64,000 nucleotides of DNA from NCBI RefSeq assembly GCF_001194135.2, contig NC_068986.1:21006974-21070973 (forward strand), written 5' to 3'. The notes below the pieces were generated by a model. That model was not told where the DNA came from and did not search any database. It saw only the letters and a program-made list of their open reading frames with translations. A program made the translations under genes and the position numbers. Shown one piece after another: positions 38,241 through 51,059 of the stretch. The stretch comes from Octopus bimaculoides (lineage: Eukaryota). Each line of letters begins with the position of its first letter. Within the stretch, counting starts at the first letter, position 1.

Positions 38241-39038
38241 CTTTCAACTAATTTATCAAAACACTCAATGACAATTAATACAATATACGCCAACAATTGA
38301 TCAGCAATTACACCTCCTCACACCACACCCGCTACCACCACAGCCTGCCTCCTCCTCCTCCTTTTACGTCTTCTCATTTCTTTTTATTGGCTTGAAATAC
38401 AAGATATAGATTGGGTGATTGCGGGGAATAGGCCTAAGCAAGTGATTAATGACCCAAGTTCGATACCAGCCTGGCACACTGACCCTATGGCAAATCACCA
38501 TGGTCAGGTAGATAATTAATAACAAATAAATGTGTAAAATGCTATGCTTATTTTTGCTTGCTCTTTATTTTCTATTTTTTTGGTATTTTATTTCATTCTA
38601 TTTGCTAATTTTTATGCTATATATTTTGGTGAGAAGACAGTTGAAGAAGATAAGACGTGGAGATAAGATAGATAGAAGGAAGAGGTAGAGGAGGAGGAGG
38701 AGGTGCAGTAAAATGCGGGTAGACTAAGGAAGAAAAGAAGAGCTACAACAGATTGATAGGTTATTGATCTGACAGGAAATCAATTAATCACTGCTAATAG
38801 TCGAGAAAGTTTAGTGAGACGGCATTGGTACTCAAGTCTCACATATATGCGTAAATAAATATAAATATGTGTACACAGATGGACAGACAGACACGCAAAC
38901 ACACCACACACACACATTGTTCGCACATGCATACACACACATTTGTTTGTGTGTAAGTAGAGAGAGAGAGAGAGAGAAATATGTAGGTACATATATATAA
39001 GCACGTATATATGCATATACATTTGCATGTATATGTGA

Positions 39039-39070
<32 letters not shown>

Positions 39071-39661
39071 TTGTATATACATTTTAATTTCCATATAAAA
39101 ACACATACATGCATATATTTATAATTAAATCTGTTTGCGTGCCCATCAATCTATCTACCTTTCTATTTATCTATGTATGCGAGGGGAAGTCAACGAGAAA
39201 AAGAAGGAAAGAAAGTACGAGAGAAAGACATTTTATCAGAAGCCGGAGTTTCTTGAATTGTCACTCGGTGCTTTCCGTTTGGCTATCATTCAAATGATTG
39301 AAAATGTAATGCTTTATCACAATGTATAAGGAAAAAAATATTCATAAATACAGAAAAATAGTCATCGAAGTTTAATTGGTTGCCAATAAACCTTCAGTAA
39401 ATGCGTCGCACAAACAGCTACCCAAGTGTTAAACGCCGAACATGAGACATATATTCGTCTATGAACGTGCGAAAAGTGAGATGTTTCTGTGCCGTAAGTA
39501 TCATACGTATGAAACATCGAAAATCAAGAAAGTTTGCTTCTGTTTGTATAGTTTTAATGGTGATGAAAACTTCCGTATATACTTTTTCGACATGTGACCA
39601 TTTTTAGGGTATGGCAAATTGATTATATCAGGAATAAACTATTTTTACCTGTGGGAACTCC

Positions 39662-39698
<37 letters not shown>

Positions 39699-39755
39699 GC
39701 AATTTACAAAAAGAACAAATCAAAAGACAAAGACGGGTGCGTGAAGTGAGAAAGT

Positions 39756-39791
39756 CTTTTACGTTTCGAGCTTACGCTCTTCAACAGAAAG
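39756..39791 (-). ncRNA. Hammerhead-like motif A (core CUGUUGA)
   Basis: CUUU-CUGUUGA-A-GAGC[guaa]GCUC-GAAA-CG-UA-AAAG. Confidence 0.6.
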
Positions 39792-39919
39792 GAACACAGA
39801 AATAAACAGAGAGAGAAAATTACACACACACACACACACATATATATATAGTTTAAATTTTCAGGTGTAGGAACAACAAGCAGGTGTACTAGTTTAACGC
39901 TCGGGAAAAATGGAGAAGT

Positions 39920-39955
39920 CTTTTACGTTTCGAGCCTACGCTCTTCGACAGAAAG
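39920..39955 (-). ncRNA. Hammerhead-like motif B (core CUGUCGA)
   Basis: CUUU-CUGUCGA-A-GAGC[guag]GCUC-GAAA-CG-UA-AAAG; direct repeat of motif A, 164 nt away. Confidence 0.6.
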
Positions 39956-40544
39956 GATTAAGAGGAAGAAAAGGAGAGAATGAAAAAAAACAACCTGTAG
40001 GGATTAACGATTCAACATGATAAAATAGCCCTCTAAATCTCGGCGACGTCGGAGACATCCAAGGGCCAAGATTTCGGCCGAGATGATGTAAAAATTTCGG
40101 GGACTCCAGCGAAAGTTGAACCGGTCCACAACACTTTGAGAGCTGCTTGCAAATTGATCAGCTGCTTATAATTGGCCAAGAGCTGGCATCCAGTGGGATG
40201 CTTGGCGGCCCAGGTCGGTGAAGCAGTATTCTTCATTAGATGCAGGTGGAGTGTTGTGGAATAGCGCATGTAGCCTGTCACAGCACACAAAGTATTAGAT
40301 ATCAGCACGGGTCTGAAATTGAACAAAACAATATTCAAATTGATATCATTGACATTTTGCGACTAGGATCAATGACCTTTTTTTGATTGGTGAGTGTTGT
40401 AGTTAACTGAAATAAGCGAAGTCCATTATTGGCATTGATTTATCGATCCTAGGACGCTGAAAGACAAAATCTACTTAAATGAGATTATGATTCAGAAATC
40501 TAAATAGGTATGATTAAAGTAAATTGTTTAGTTTAACAGACTAG

Positions 40545-40915
40545 GCGCAGGCATAGCTGTGTGGTTAAGGTGCTCTCTTTGCAACCACGTGCTTTCGGGT
40601 TCTGCTCAACTGCACGACACCTTGGACAAATGTCTTCTAGTATTGCACTGGGTCGACCAATGCCTTGTGAGTGAATTTGGTAAAGAGGAAACGGCGTGTA
40701 GGTCCGTCGTCTCTCTATCTCTATCTCTTTCTTTATCTCTCTCCGCGCACACACACGCGCGTTTGCATGCCCCGTAACTCAGTAGTTCAGTAAAAGAGAC
40801 CAACAGAATGAGAACCAGACTTTGAAAATAAGTACCGAAGTTCATTAGTTTGACTAAACACTTCAAAGCGGAGCCCCAGCATGGCCACAGTCCAGTAACT
40901 GAAACAAGTAAAAGA
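40545..40915 (+). mobile_element. SINE F2, full length
   Basis: GGCGCAGGCATAGCTGTGTGGTTAAG...GACACCTTGGACAAATG...GAAACAAGTAAAAGA. Confidence 0.9.
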
Positions 40916-41129
40916 AGTGATAAACAATAATAAAAGATAAAGGCGAGTTCTAATACAATACCTCTATCATTTCTGCCATTCTAGATTAATAACTGAAGGC
41001 CTTTACCCGGTACAAAATCCTTATTTTTTAAGTTAACGATAAATAAGGTTAATTAAATCTATCATTTGATAAAGACATTAATGTTGTCTATGAACTGAAA
41101 TGACAACCAAGAACAGAAACCGTGTTGTA

Positions 41130-41357
41130 TTGGGTTGTCCGGAAAGTTCGTGCCGATTTTTAAAGGAAAGAAACAGGTCAATAAATACTTGCCATTACAT
41201 TTTTAATCAACCAAATATGAACCATTTTATTGCACAATGCGTTTCTATGTTTCCTTTAACTTGAAAATACCCTCTTCCCGGAATTGAGGTGGTTTCATGG
41301 CAGATAAGTCGAAAGGTAAGCTACTCCAAATCGGCACGAACTTTCCGGACAACCCAA
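41130..41357 (-). mobile_element. Internally deleted mariner element (228 bp)
   Basis: Perfect 30-bp TIR TTGGGTTGTCCGGAAAGTTCGTGCCGATTT with TA TSD. Minus strand 41310-41203 reads KPPQFREEGIFKLKET*KRIVQ*NGSYLVD*, matching the mariner transposase C-terminus pattern (F..GI..L..RW..V...G.Y). Confidence 0.93.
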
Positions 41358-42313
41358 TAGAATACATTTACTTAGAGATGGTTTTACTTCTTGTAAATAG
41401 CCAGCTAGTTCGATATAGTTTTATTTTTTTTTAGCATAAAACCAGCTTTTTTGAGATTGATATGGACAACTTTGTGGCCACCGGAGTATCGTAAGATTAA
41501 TTTTTTTACTGATATCGACCCTGACGAAATACGAAAGACCATAAATGATATTTGACAGTAGTTCAACTATTAACCGTTCGTGTTACCTGATTCTTATCAT
41601 CATATGTACATATGTACATATAGATGTGTGTGTATCTGTGTGTGTGTGTGTGTAATTGACTGTCTCTGGTTGCAGCGCCTGCTTCTTTTAGTCAAGTAAA
41701 ATCACTGTGAAAGCGGTACTACTTCACGACAAAGATGAAAGGTAAATACACACATCACACAGACTTCACAATCAAACATTACACATCAAAGATAATTATA
41801 CTGGAATAGTTACATATGAATTCATCTTGATTCTGGGGTTAAATTTTAACTACAACCGGAAGGCTTGTATTTCATTGGAAACCAATAGTAATCCATCGAC
41901 AGGAAATCCACAATATTCTCGCTGGAACTAAGACACCAATTGAAGTACATTGAGAATATATAGCCAAATGAAATAAGAATTCGTTATAGCATCAAAGAAG
42001 GATCGCGTTATCTTTGGAAAATTTATGTTGTAACGGTGATTTCTAAGATGTCAGCTGTTGAAAGCGGAAGTGCCAAGATCTAAGGCTGCATCTTTGATGT
42101 ATATTTATTTATTTATTTGCTTCTATTTGATAATGCTTGTTGGTTATCACATTAACTATTTATCTACTTATACAATTATTTACTTTCCCTACCTATCCCT
42201 CTTTTTTTCTTTTCTCTTTTACTGTCATATTTTCTTTCCCCCTCTCGTCTTCTTTCACTCACTTCTTTTCTGTCGTTTTACACTGACACATGCACATACA
42301 TACTTTCACACGC

Positions 42314-42359
<46 letters not shown>

Positions 42360-42844
42360 ACGCACACACTTGCATGTGTGTGTGTGAACTGGCAAAATCG
42401 TTAAAGCGCCGGAGAGAAGTTACCTTGCTATCTGGGTCTCTGAGTTTCGATTTCAGTTTCCGTCGAGTTCAGTCTCGCCATTTCTTGCCGATAAGTAAAC
42501 TCTCAGTCCCATAAGATAGTAGATTTTAGGATACGGATGTTATAGACACATATGCTGGACTGCCTCATGAGAGGTGTCACTTGACTGAGAGGCATTCAAT
42601 CCCTAACAGAACGATTGCAGTAGCGTGAAGGCGAGGGACGATCTGCACTGAGCGACACTTTTATGGAGGTGATACTTTTGGGTTTACTGTACGAGCCTGT
42701 ATACGTTTGGGGACTCAGAGAGGGAAGTAAACTAAAGGACTGCATTATGCAGCGGCACACTTTAACTATGCTACTGTAAAAGACGTGCTTCAACCACTGA
42801 CCAACATGGCGCCTTTTTGAATCTTTTCTATCACTATAGAGAAG

Positions 42845-43208
42845 TTGTTGTTGTTGGCACTCCGTCGCTTACGACGTTGAGGGTTCCAGTTGATCCGACC
42901 AACGGAACAGCCTAGTGACTGAGCACTCCACAGACGCGTGTACCCTTAACGTAGTTCTCGGGGATATTCAGCGTGACACAGTGTGACAAGGCTGACCCTT
43001 TGAAATACAGGCACAACAGAAACAGGACGTAAGAGTGAGAGAAAGTTGTGGTGGTACAGCAGGGTTCGCCACCATCCCCTGCCGGAGCCGCGTGGAGCTT
43101 TAGGTGTTTTCGCTCAATAAACACTCACAGCGCCCGGTCTGGGAATCGAAACCGTGATCTTATGAACGCGAGTCTGCTGCCCTAACCACTGAGCCATTGC
43201 GCCTCCAC
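42845..43208 (-). mobile_element. Full-length tRNA-derived SINE with (CAA)n tail and TSD
   Basis: Head GGAGGCGCAATGGCTCAGTGGTTAGGG...GGTTTCGATTCCC. TSD TATAGAGAAG (42835-44, 43209-18; extendable to CACTATAGAGAAG). Confidence 0.92.
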
Positions 43209-43467
43209 TATAGAGAAGATACACAAGACAATCCTCAGAGATAATTGATCTTGTACCTCCCCTCCGATTCCTCCAACCCACACGTCTCTCCACCACTCAC
43301 TATCTTTGTTGTGTCCATCGACCCCTCAGCCCCGCTCTAACCACTATGCCCAGTCCTTTTCTTCTCGGAACATCGACACTGGAGTATTTTCCCTTCTCAT
43401 GTCTTCTGTTCATTGACCTGCAACAGTTTAAAAAAGATGAAAGGCAATGATGACCCTGGAGTACAAA

Positions 43468-43790
43468 AATTAAAGGTCTGGCACTCCGTCGGTTCCGACG
43501 ACGAGTGCTCCAGTTGATCCAATCAACAGAACAGCCTCCTCGTAAAGTTAATGTGCAAGTGGTTGAGCACTCCACAGACACACGTGCCTTAACTTAGTTC
43601 TCAGAGTGATTGAGTGTAACACAGAGAATGTGATAAGGCTAATCATTTGAAATACAGCTACAGATAATTTTTGCCAGCTGAGTGGATTGGAGCAACGCGA
43701 AATAAAGTGTCTTACCCAAGGACACAATGCACCGCCGGGAATCGAACTCTAGACCGTGAGCCAAATACACTAGCCATTAAATACACACCG
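43468..43790 (-). mobile_element. SINE F3 sharing its 3' tail with 42845-43208 but with a different middle
   Basis: GGCACTCCGTCG...GAGCACTCCACAGAC tail; CAGCTGAGTGGATTGGAGCAAC body; CCGGGAATCGAACTC is the reverse complement of the B box. Confidence 0.85.
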
Positions 43791-44382
43791 CCTTCACTAA
43801 AGGGATCGAATCATTAGATACAGTAAGACATTTAGTCTGGAGATTCACAGTTTCTTCAACAGCTCAACTCTTATCCTCACCAGTATATAAATAACATTCT
43901 CACGAGAGAATCCATTTTGAAAAGATTAGTGGCCGTTGTTTTTTGTTTTTTTTATCTATCCATTTATTTATTTATTTCTCTGTTTCTCTATTTATTTATT
44001 TATTTATTTCTGCCTTGTGTTGTATTGGTTTTTCATGGACTCTCGCGTTATTGAATTTTACTTTATTTCTGTTCTTTAATATAGTTATGGCTGTGTAGAT
44101 ATAATTAGTTATGCATGCAATGTTTTTGTTTCTGATGCATTTGTGGCTGTAGATATTTATTCAATGAACTGTTGTTTAATAGAATTATTTGTTCCGTTTG
44201 TTTTCCTTTCTAGTAAATTGCACAGTGGCCTATTGTAGATTTATTATTATAAATATCGTTTTTATTTGATTTGTCTGTCTCTCTCTCTCTCTCTGCTGCC
44301 CTTTTTACATTTATCTACTTATCATTCCATCTGTGTATCTATCTATCAGTCTATCTATTTATATATTTTGAATCTATCTATC

Positions 44383-44413
<31 letters not shown>

Positions 44414-44840
44414 TTAACTATCTCAATCTCCATGTAATCATATGAGTGTTTATTCTTGATTATTAAACTTGTTTTCGGCAACGGATTTCCCCTACATACT
44501 TGTCATGAAGATTGATGATACGTCTACCATTGCTATTAATCTATCTGCATTTTGTAAATATTTTGTAAATCAAAACGATGCTATGTTATTTACAACGTCC
44601 ATATATGAAATACATTTGCCAAATTATGTCCGTACTATATTATTGGGGTTTACTTTTATTCTTGGGTTCTTTGTACTTTAAATTCAGCATAATATGTGTG
44701 TCTGTGTATGTGTCAGTATATCCGAATGTTATCTATTGTGATGTTTAATAAATGTTATTATTTCTGCAGTTTGTAAACAAGACCCTACTCGATGTGAGGT
44801 AACTCGTCATACGAATAAGGCATATTAACAATACGCAGTG

Positions 44841-45262
44841 AACGCGGAAAATCGGCAGAATTGTTATCATGCATTATTTCATTATTATCCACAAGGGGCT
44901 AAACATAGAGGGGATAAACAAGGACAGACAGAGGGATTAAGTCGATTACATCGACCCCAGTGCGTAACTGGTACTTAATTTATCGACCCCGAAAGGATGA
45001 AAGGCAAAGTCAACCTCGGCGGAATTTGAACTCAAAACCTAACGGCAGACGAAATACCGATAATCATTTCGCCCGGCGCTCTAACGTTTCTGCCAGCTCG
45101 CCGGATAAAATGCTTAGCAGCATTGCTTCCGGTTCTTTATGTTCTAAGTTCAAATGCAACCGAGCTCGATTTTGCTTTTCTTCCTTTCAGGAGCGATAAA
45201 ATAAGTACCAGTTGAGCGCGGAGGTTGGTGTAATCGGCTTCCCCTCCCCTCAGAAATTGATG
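44841..45262. mobile_element. Older + strand SINE F1 interrupted by a younger - strand F1 (about 44875-45103)
   Basis: Head remnant GGCAGAATTGTTATCATGC at about 44853-44872; the + copy resumes at GATAAAATGCTTAGC after 45103. Confidence 0.8.
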
Positions 45263-45494
45263 NNNNNNNNNNNNNNNNNNNNNNNNNNNNNNNNNNNNNN
45301 NNNNNNNNNNNNNNNNNNNNNNNNNNNNNNNNNNNNNNNNNNNNNNNNNNNNNNNNNNNNNNNNNNNNNNNNNNNNNNNNNNNNNNNNNNNNNNNNNNNN
45401 NNNNNNNNNNNNNNNNNNNNNNNNNNNNNNNNNNNNNNNNNNNNNNNNNNNNNNNNNNNNNNNNNNNNNNNNNNNNNNNNNNNNNNNNNNNNNN

Positions 45495-45596
45495 TGTGCC
45501 TGGTATTTATTATATCAGACTCTTTTGCCGAACCGCTAATTTACGGGAGCGCAAACAAACCAAGACAAACTAGTGGTGGTGGTGGGGGGGAGACAA

Positions 45597-45653
<57 letters not shown>

Positions 45654-45815
45654 CGATGGGCTTCACACAGTTTCCGTCAATGAAATTCACTCACTAGGCA
45701 TTGGTCGGCATGTGATTATAGCAGAAAAGACTTACCCAAGACATCGTACAGTGGAACTAAACCCGAAACCACATGGTTGTAAAGCGAGGTTCTTAACGAC
45801 ACAGCCATGCCTGTG
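45495..45815 (-). mobile_element. SINE F2
   Basis: Reverse-complement body, (AC)n and head. Confidence 0.85.
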
Positions 45816-46045
45816 CTTATACTGATGGTGGTGGTGAGGGTAGCGAATCGTAGTTCTACATTGATCAGGATCCCCAACCGTGTAGAATGTTCATTGTTGA
45901 GCCCGTCCTGTGCATTATTCCGTATCGCTGCTGTTTATGTTTGTTATATCAAAGTAGAAATTTGAAGCATTTTCATTTACATATACTTTCACAGGGTACA
46001 AACCCAAATAAATGAAATAACTGAGGATATATCTGTTTCATGAGC

Positions 46046-46115
<70 letters not shown>

Positions 46116-46927
46116 NNNNNNNNNNNNNNNNNNNNNNNNNNNNNNNNNNNNNNNNNNNNNNNNNNNNNNNNNNNNNNNNNNNNNNNNNNNNNNNNNNNNN
46201 NNNNNNNNNNNNNNNNNNNNNNNNNNNNNNNNNNNNNNNNNNNNNNNNNNNNNNNNNNNNNNNNNNNNNNNNNNNNNNNNNNNNNNNNNNNNNNNNNNNN
46301 NNNNNNNNNNNNNNNNNNNNNNNNNNNNNNNNNNNNNNNNNNNNNNNNNNNNNNNNNNNNNNNNNNNNNNNNNNNNNNNNNNNNNNNNNNNNNNNNNNNN
46401 NNNNNNNNNNNNNNNNNNNNNNNNNNNNNNNNNNNNNNNNNNNNNNNNNNNNNNNNNNNNNNNNNNNNNNNNNNNNNNNNNNNNNNNNNNNNNNNNNNNN
46501 NNNNNNNNNNNNNNNNNNNNNNNNNNNNNNNNNNNNNNNNNNNNNNNNNNNNNNNNNNNNNNNNNNNNNNNNNNNNNNNNNNNNNNNNNNNNNNNNNNNN
46601 NNNNNNNNNNNNNNNNNNNNNNNNNNNNNNNNNNNNNNNNNNNNNNNNNNNNNNNNNNNNNNNNNNNNNNNNNNNNNNNNNNNNNNNNNNNNNNNNNNNN
46701 NNNNNNNNNNNNNNNNNNNNNNNNNNNNNNNNNNNNNNNNNNNNNNNNNNNNNNNNNNNNNNNNNNNNNNNNNNNNNNNNNNNNNNNNNNNNNNNNNNNN
46801 NNNNNNNNNNNNNNNNNNNNNNNNNATTAATTAGTGCTGTTACAACAATGTCTGTGTGAATAAAATAGGACACAGCGAAGGAACATCTCTTTTTTTAATA
46901 CCAGTTTCTCTCTTCCTCTCCCTCTCA

Positions 46928-46970
<43 letters not shown>

Positions 46971-47291
46971 TGAGAGAATGAATATAGTTTTGGTGCAATG
47001 TACGTATAATGCTAAGAAAAAACTCAATGCTGTATGTCGAGTAACATTAGTTATTCCGGAAATTCGGAAATGCTATATAGCCCAGTTAGTGCCAAGTTCA
47101 TCTCATACACACATACACGTTCACACACACACACAGACACACATATATATATGTATGTGTATGTATACTTATGTACATGTATGTATATATATATAAATAT
47201 ATACCCATACATACATAGGTGTATGCATATATTTATTTGTGTTTAAATTTATATATGTGTATGTGTGTACGTATGCTTATGTACATGTATG

Positions 47292-47325
<34 letters not shown>

Positions 47326-47349
47326 CACATACAGATATGTATGCATATA

Positions 47350-47386
<37 letters not shown>

Positions 47387-48007
47387 AACAGCGAAAGTGA
47401 CATTGAAACGGAAGGGCAACCTGAAACAAGCCTAATATCAGAATACCACCATGAATGGCAATTAAGCAAATTAGTCAAATTTTGCTAAAATAATTTCAAA
47501 AAATTCTACAACAATCATTCCTCTACTCATAATTACCTATCAACTAAAAATCTTCGGCGTTCGATCCTGCAAATCCTAACCATCCTATTTATTGTTTATT
47601 CTTTAGCAATAATTAAATTAATAAGAAAATATTGATTCGTTTGGCTTGAACTGGCATTGATAGGTTTGAGCATGTAGTTGTGACATCGAGCAAAGTTTAG
47701 AAGTCAACGAGGAATATGAATTAATACATTATAGTTGTTTCTATTGGAAAATATAGCACGTGTATCTGACCGTATCGATTACATACAAATCTATATAACA
47801 TAAAACGTTAACCAGTTGAATCTCAAAGGATATTACGGTGAAGAGACTGAAGAAACTGCACCGGTGCTATAGTATAATCGCATTTGCAACGGTAACTGAC
47901 CGATGTAGTCGAAACACGTGTAGGTTTATTTGAGACTGAATTTATATATAAATGTGAATTAAACGTAATGCTGACGCTACTTCGTCGTCATCCTTAATAT
48001 TATTATT

Positions 48008-48381
48008 AAGGCAACGAACTGGCCGAATCGTTAACACGCAGGACGAAATGCTCAGCGGTATTTCACCTGTCGCTACGTTCTGACTTCAAATTCCACAGAG
48101 GGCAACTTTGCCTTTCATCCTTTTGGGATCAATAAATTAAGTACCAGTCAAGTACTGGGGTAAATATAATCGACTTAATACCCTCCCTCAAGTTGCCCTT
48201 GTGGCATAAATTTGAAATCATTATTATTATTATTATTATTATTATTAAGGCGGCGAACTGGCAGAATCGTTAGCGCGCCGGACGAAATTCTCAGCGGTAT
48301 TTCGCCCGTCGCTACGTTTTGAGTTCAAATTCCACCGAGGTCGACTTTGTTTTTCATCTGTTTGGGGGTCAATAAATTAAG
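48008..48381 (+). mobile_element. Two head-to-tail SINE F1 copies
   Basis: The second head (48246) starts directly on the (ATT)n tail of the first; cut by the gap. Confidence 0.9.
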
Positions 48382-50529
48382 NNNNNNNNNNNNNNNNNNN
48401 NNNNNNNNNNNNNNNNNNNNNNNNNNNNNNNNNNNNNNNNNNNNNNNNNNNNNNNNNNNNNNNNNNNNNNNNNNNNNNNNNNNNNNNNNNNNNNNNNNNN
48501 NNNNNNNNNNNNNNNNNNNNNNNNNNNNNNNNNNNNNNNNNNNNNNNNNNNNNNNNNNNNNNNNNNNNNNNNNNNNNNNNNNNNNNNNNNNNNNNNNNNN
48601 NNNNNNNNNNNNNNNNNNNNNNNNNNNNNNNNNNNNNNNNNNNNNNNNNNNNNNNNNNNNNNNNNNNNNNNNNNNNNNNNNNNNNNNNNNNNNNNNNNNN
48701 NNNNNNNNNNNNNNNNNNNNNNNNNNNNNNNNNNNNNNNNNNNNNNNNNNNNNNNNNNNNNNNNNNNNNNNNNNNNNNNNNNNNNNNNNNNNNNNNNNNN
48801 NNNNNNNNNNNNNNNNNNNNNNNNNNNNNNNNNNNNNNNNNNNNNNNNNNNNNNNNNNNNNNNNNNNNNNNNNNNNNNNNNNNNNNNNNNNNNNNNNNNN
48901 NNNNNNNNNNNNNNNNNNNNNNNNNNNNNNNNNNNNNNNNNNNNNNNNNNNNNNNNNNNNNNNNNNNNNNNNNNNNNNNNNNNNNNNNNNNNNNNNNNNN
49001 NNNNNNNNNNNNNNNNNNNNNNNNNNNNNNNNNNNNNNNNNNNNNNNNNNNNNNNNNNNNNNNNNNNNNNNNNNNNNNNNNNNNNNNNNNNNNNNNNNNN
49101 NNNNNNNNNNNNNNNNNNNNNNNNNNNNNNNNNNNNNNNNNNNNNNNNNNNNNNNNNNNNNNNNNNNNNNNNNNNNNNNNNNNNNNNNNNNNACACACAC
49201 ACACACACACACACACACATATGTATATATATATATATACACACTTATTTACATGACCGTGATAATAATATTCGATGTCATGTCAACTTTGAAAAAAGAA
49301 AATCCATAGAGATGGAATACAGAAAACCGAAAAAAAAAAAAGAAAGAGAAGCAAAGACAATCTCGTTAAAAATAAGCAATAGCAGTCGATGGAATACTTG
49401 ATGGAAACAATAAGTTCCTGTGAATAGCATCAGGATCGAATTTACACCTGGAATCTGATCAGTTGTTCCGATGTAACATATCGAATTACTTGATTCAAAG
49501 CAGATTGATTAGAACTGGTTGGGTGCGTATTTATTCGCTGGTTTTCCCCAAATATACCGTCAATGTGTCTCTTTTGCTTCTCTTTGTCTTTATGGATTTC
49601 ATCATTGGAGCTAAATCTTCCTGTTCACGGCATTCTTTAGCAAAATGAAATAGTGATCGTTGGCACGGGAACGTTGCCATCACGTGATGTTACTGTATTA
49701 CTCAAAACAAGTGTATATCATATACTACAGGAATATATAGGCACGCATACATACATATATACGCGTGAATGAGTATGCATATAAATAGGTAAACATACAC
49801 CTACGAATGTGTGTATGTGATAGTGTGTGTCTATATAAATATGTTTGAAGATATGGGTGTATATATGCATATAAATACACGTATACCTCAATATCTACAA
49901 AGATATTTACGCACACACACACATGTATGTATAATATATATATTTAAAATATGTATGTATATGCAATTATATATACATTCGTGTGTATACACGTGTGTAA
50001 TTAAATAGATGTATATATGTTTGTGTGTATGAGAGAGAGAGAAAGTTTGTACGGCGGAGTGAGTTGTCGGGCAGAATATCTTTTCATTCCACCTATTTGA
50101 ATTTTCATTCAGTGTTTTGTTCTGATAAAATGATGTTAATAAGTATTTCTTGAAATTCCAGTAAGATCTTAGTTTCTGTTTCCTTTCTAATTAAAACTTC
50201 TGCTAAGTTATAATAGTAAATCTAGATCGGTTGCATTTCAAACTTAGCGGATGGATTATTTCAGATTCTATTTGTAATTAATACTACGCCAATCGAAGTC
50301 AAAATTTAGCCAAAAAATAATAAAATAAAGAAATAGTTTGTTTCTATGAAACACGGCCCTTTGAAAGGGAATCCCTCATCGAATCATAGGTAGAAAGACA
50401 ACAAATACATTGCCATCTGTTGTTCGTTTTTAGACGTAGTGAAGATATTGATATCTACCATCTGCATTCAAATATAATGTAATAATATTGTGGAAGATAC
50501 GTTACTTGGTATCCGCTGTTTCCATTCAG

Positions 50530-50673
50530 TATCTTGGTAAACTGTTTGGAGGTAACGGAATATTTTCTGAGATTCTTCATGTGACTGAAAAATCCATCCA
50601 CGAGTTGTATCACAATGGCAATGTGATTGAATTTTTAGATAATTTATTTGAAGTTGAACAACGCAATGTCCAG
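50530..50673 (+). CDS. Candidate 144-nt phase 0-0 coding exon, product unknown
   Basis: Acceptor TGTTTCCATTCAG|, open frame YLGKLFGGNGIFSEILHVTEKSIHELYHNGNVIEFLDNLFEVEQRNVQ, weak donor CAG|GTGTGA. No family recognised. Confidence 0.25.
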
Positions 50674-50842
50674 GTGTGATGAATCAACGTTACCTGGAAG
50701 TATATGGAATAAAATTTTTTTAAAAAACAGTGATATGAACTTTGTATAACTTTCTTGGAAATATCTAAAGTTTTTGGGGTGTTCTTTTTGCCTTGGAGAA
50801 TTATCTTTATATGTGTTGCCACGTTTTGTAGTATTACAATTA

Positions 50843-51059
50843 CAGTAATCCCTCGACTATCGCGGGTGTTATGTTCCAAAAACACCCGCGATACGTGAAA
50901 ATCCGTGATGTAGAAACAGTACTGTATATTTTTTATTATTGTTTCTATAATTTGTATATATTTATTTTATTATAAATGCAAAACAACACCACGGAGGAAT
51001 CGACGTAAGCTTAAATAATAAACCGCGATAGGTGAACCGCGATAAGCGAGGGATTACTC
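50843..51059. mobile_element. Tigger/pogo-like MITE (217 bp)
   Basis: TA|CAGTAATCCCTCGACTATCGCGG ... CCGCGATAAGCGAGGGATTACTC|TA. Confidence 0.85.
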
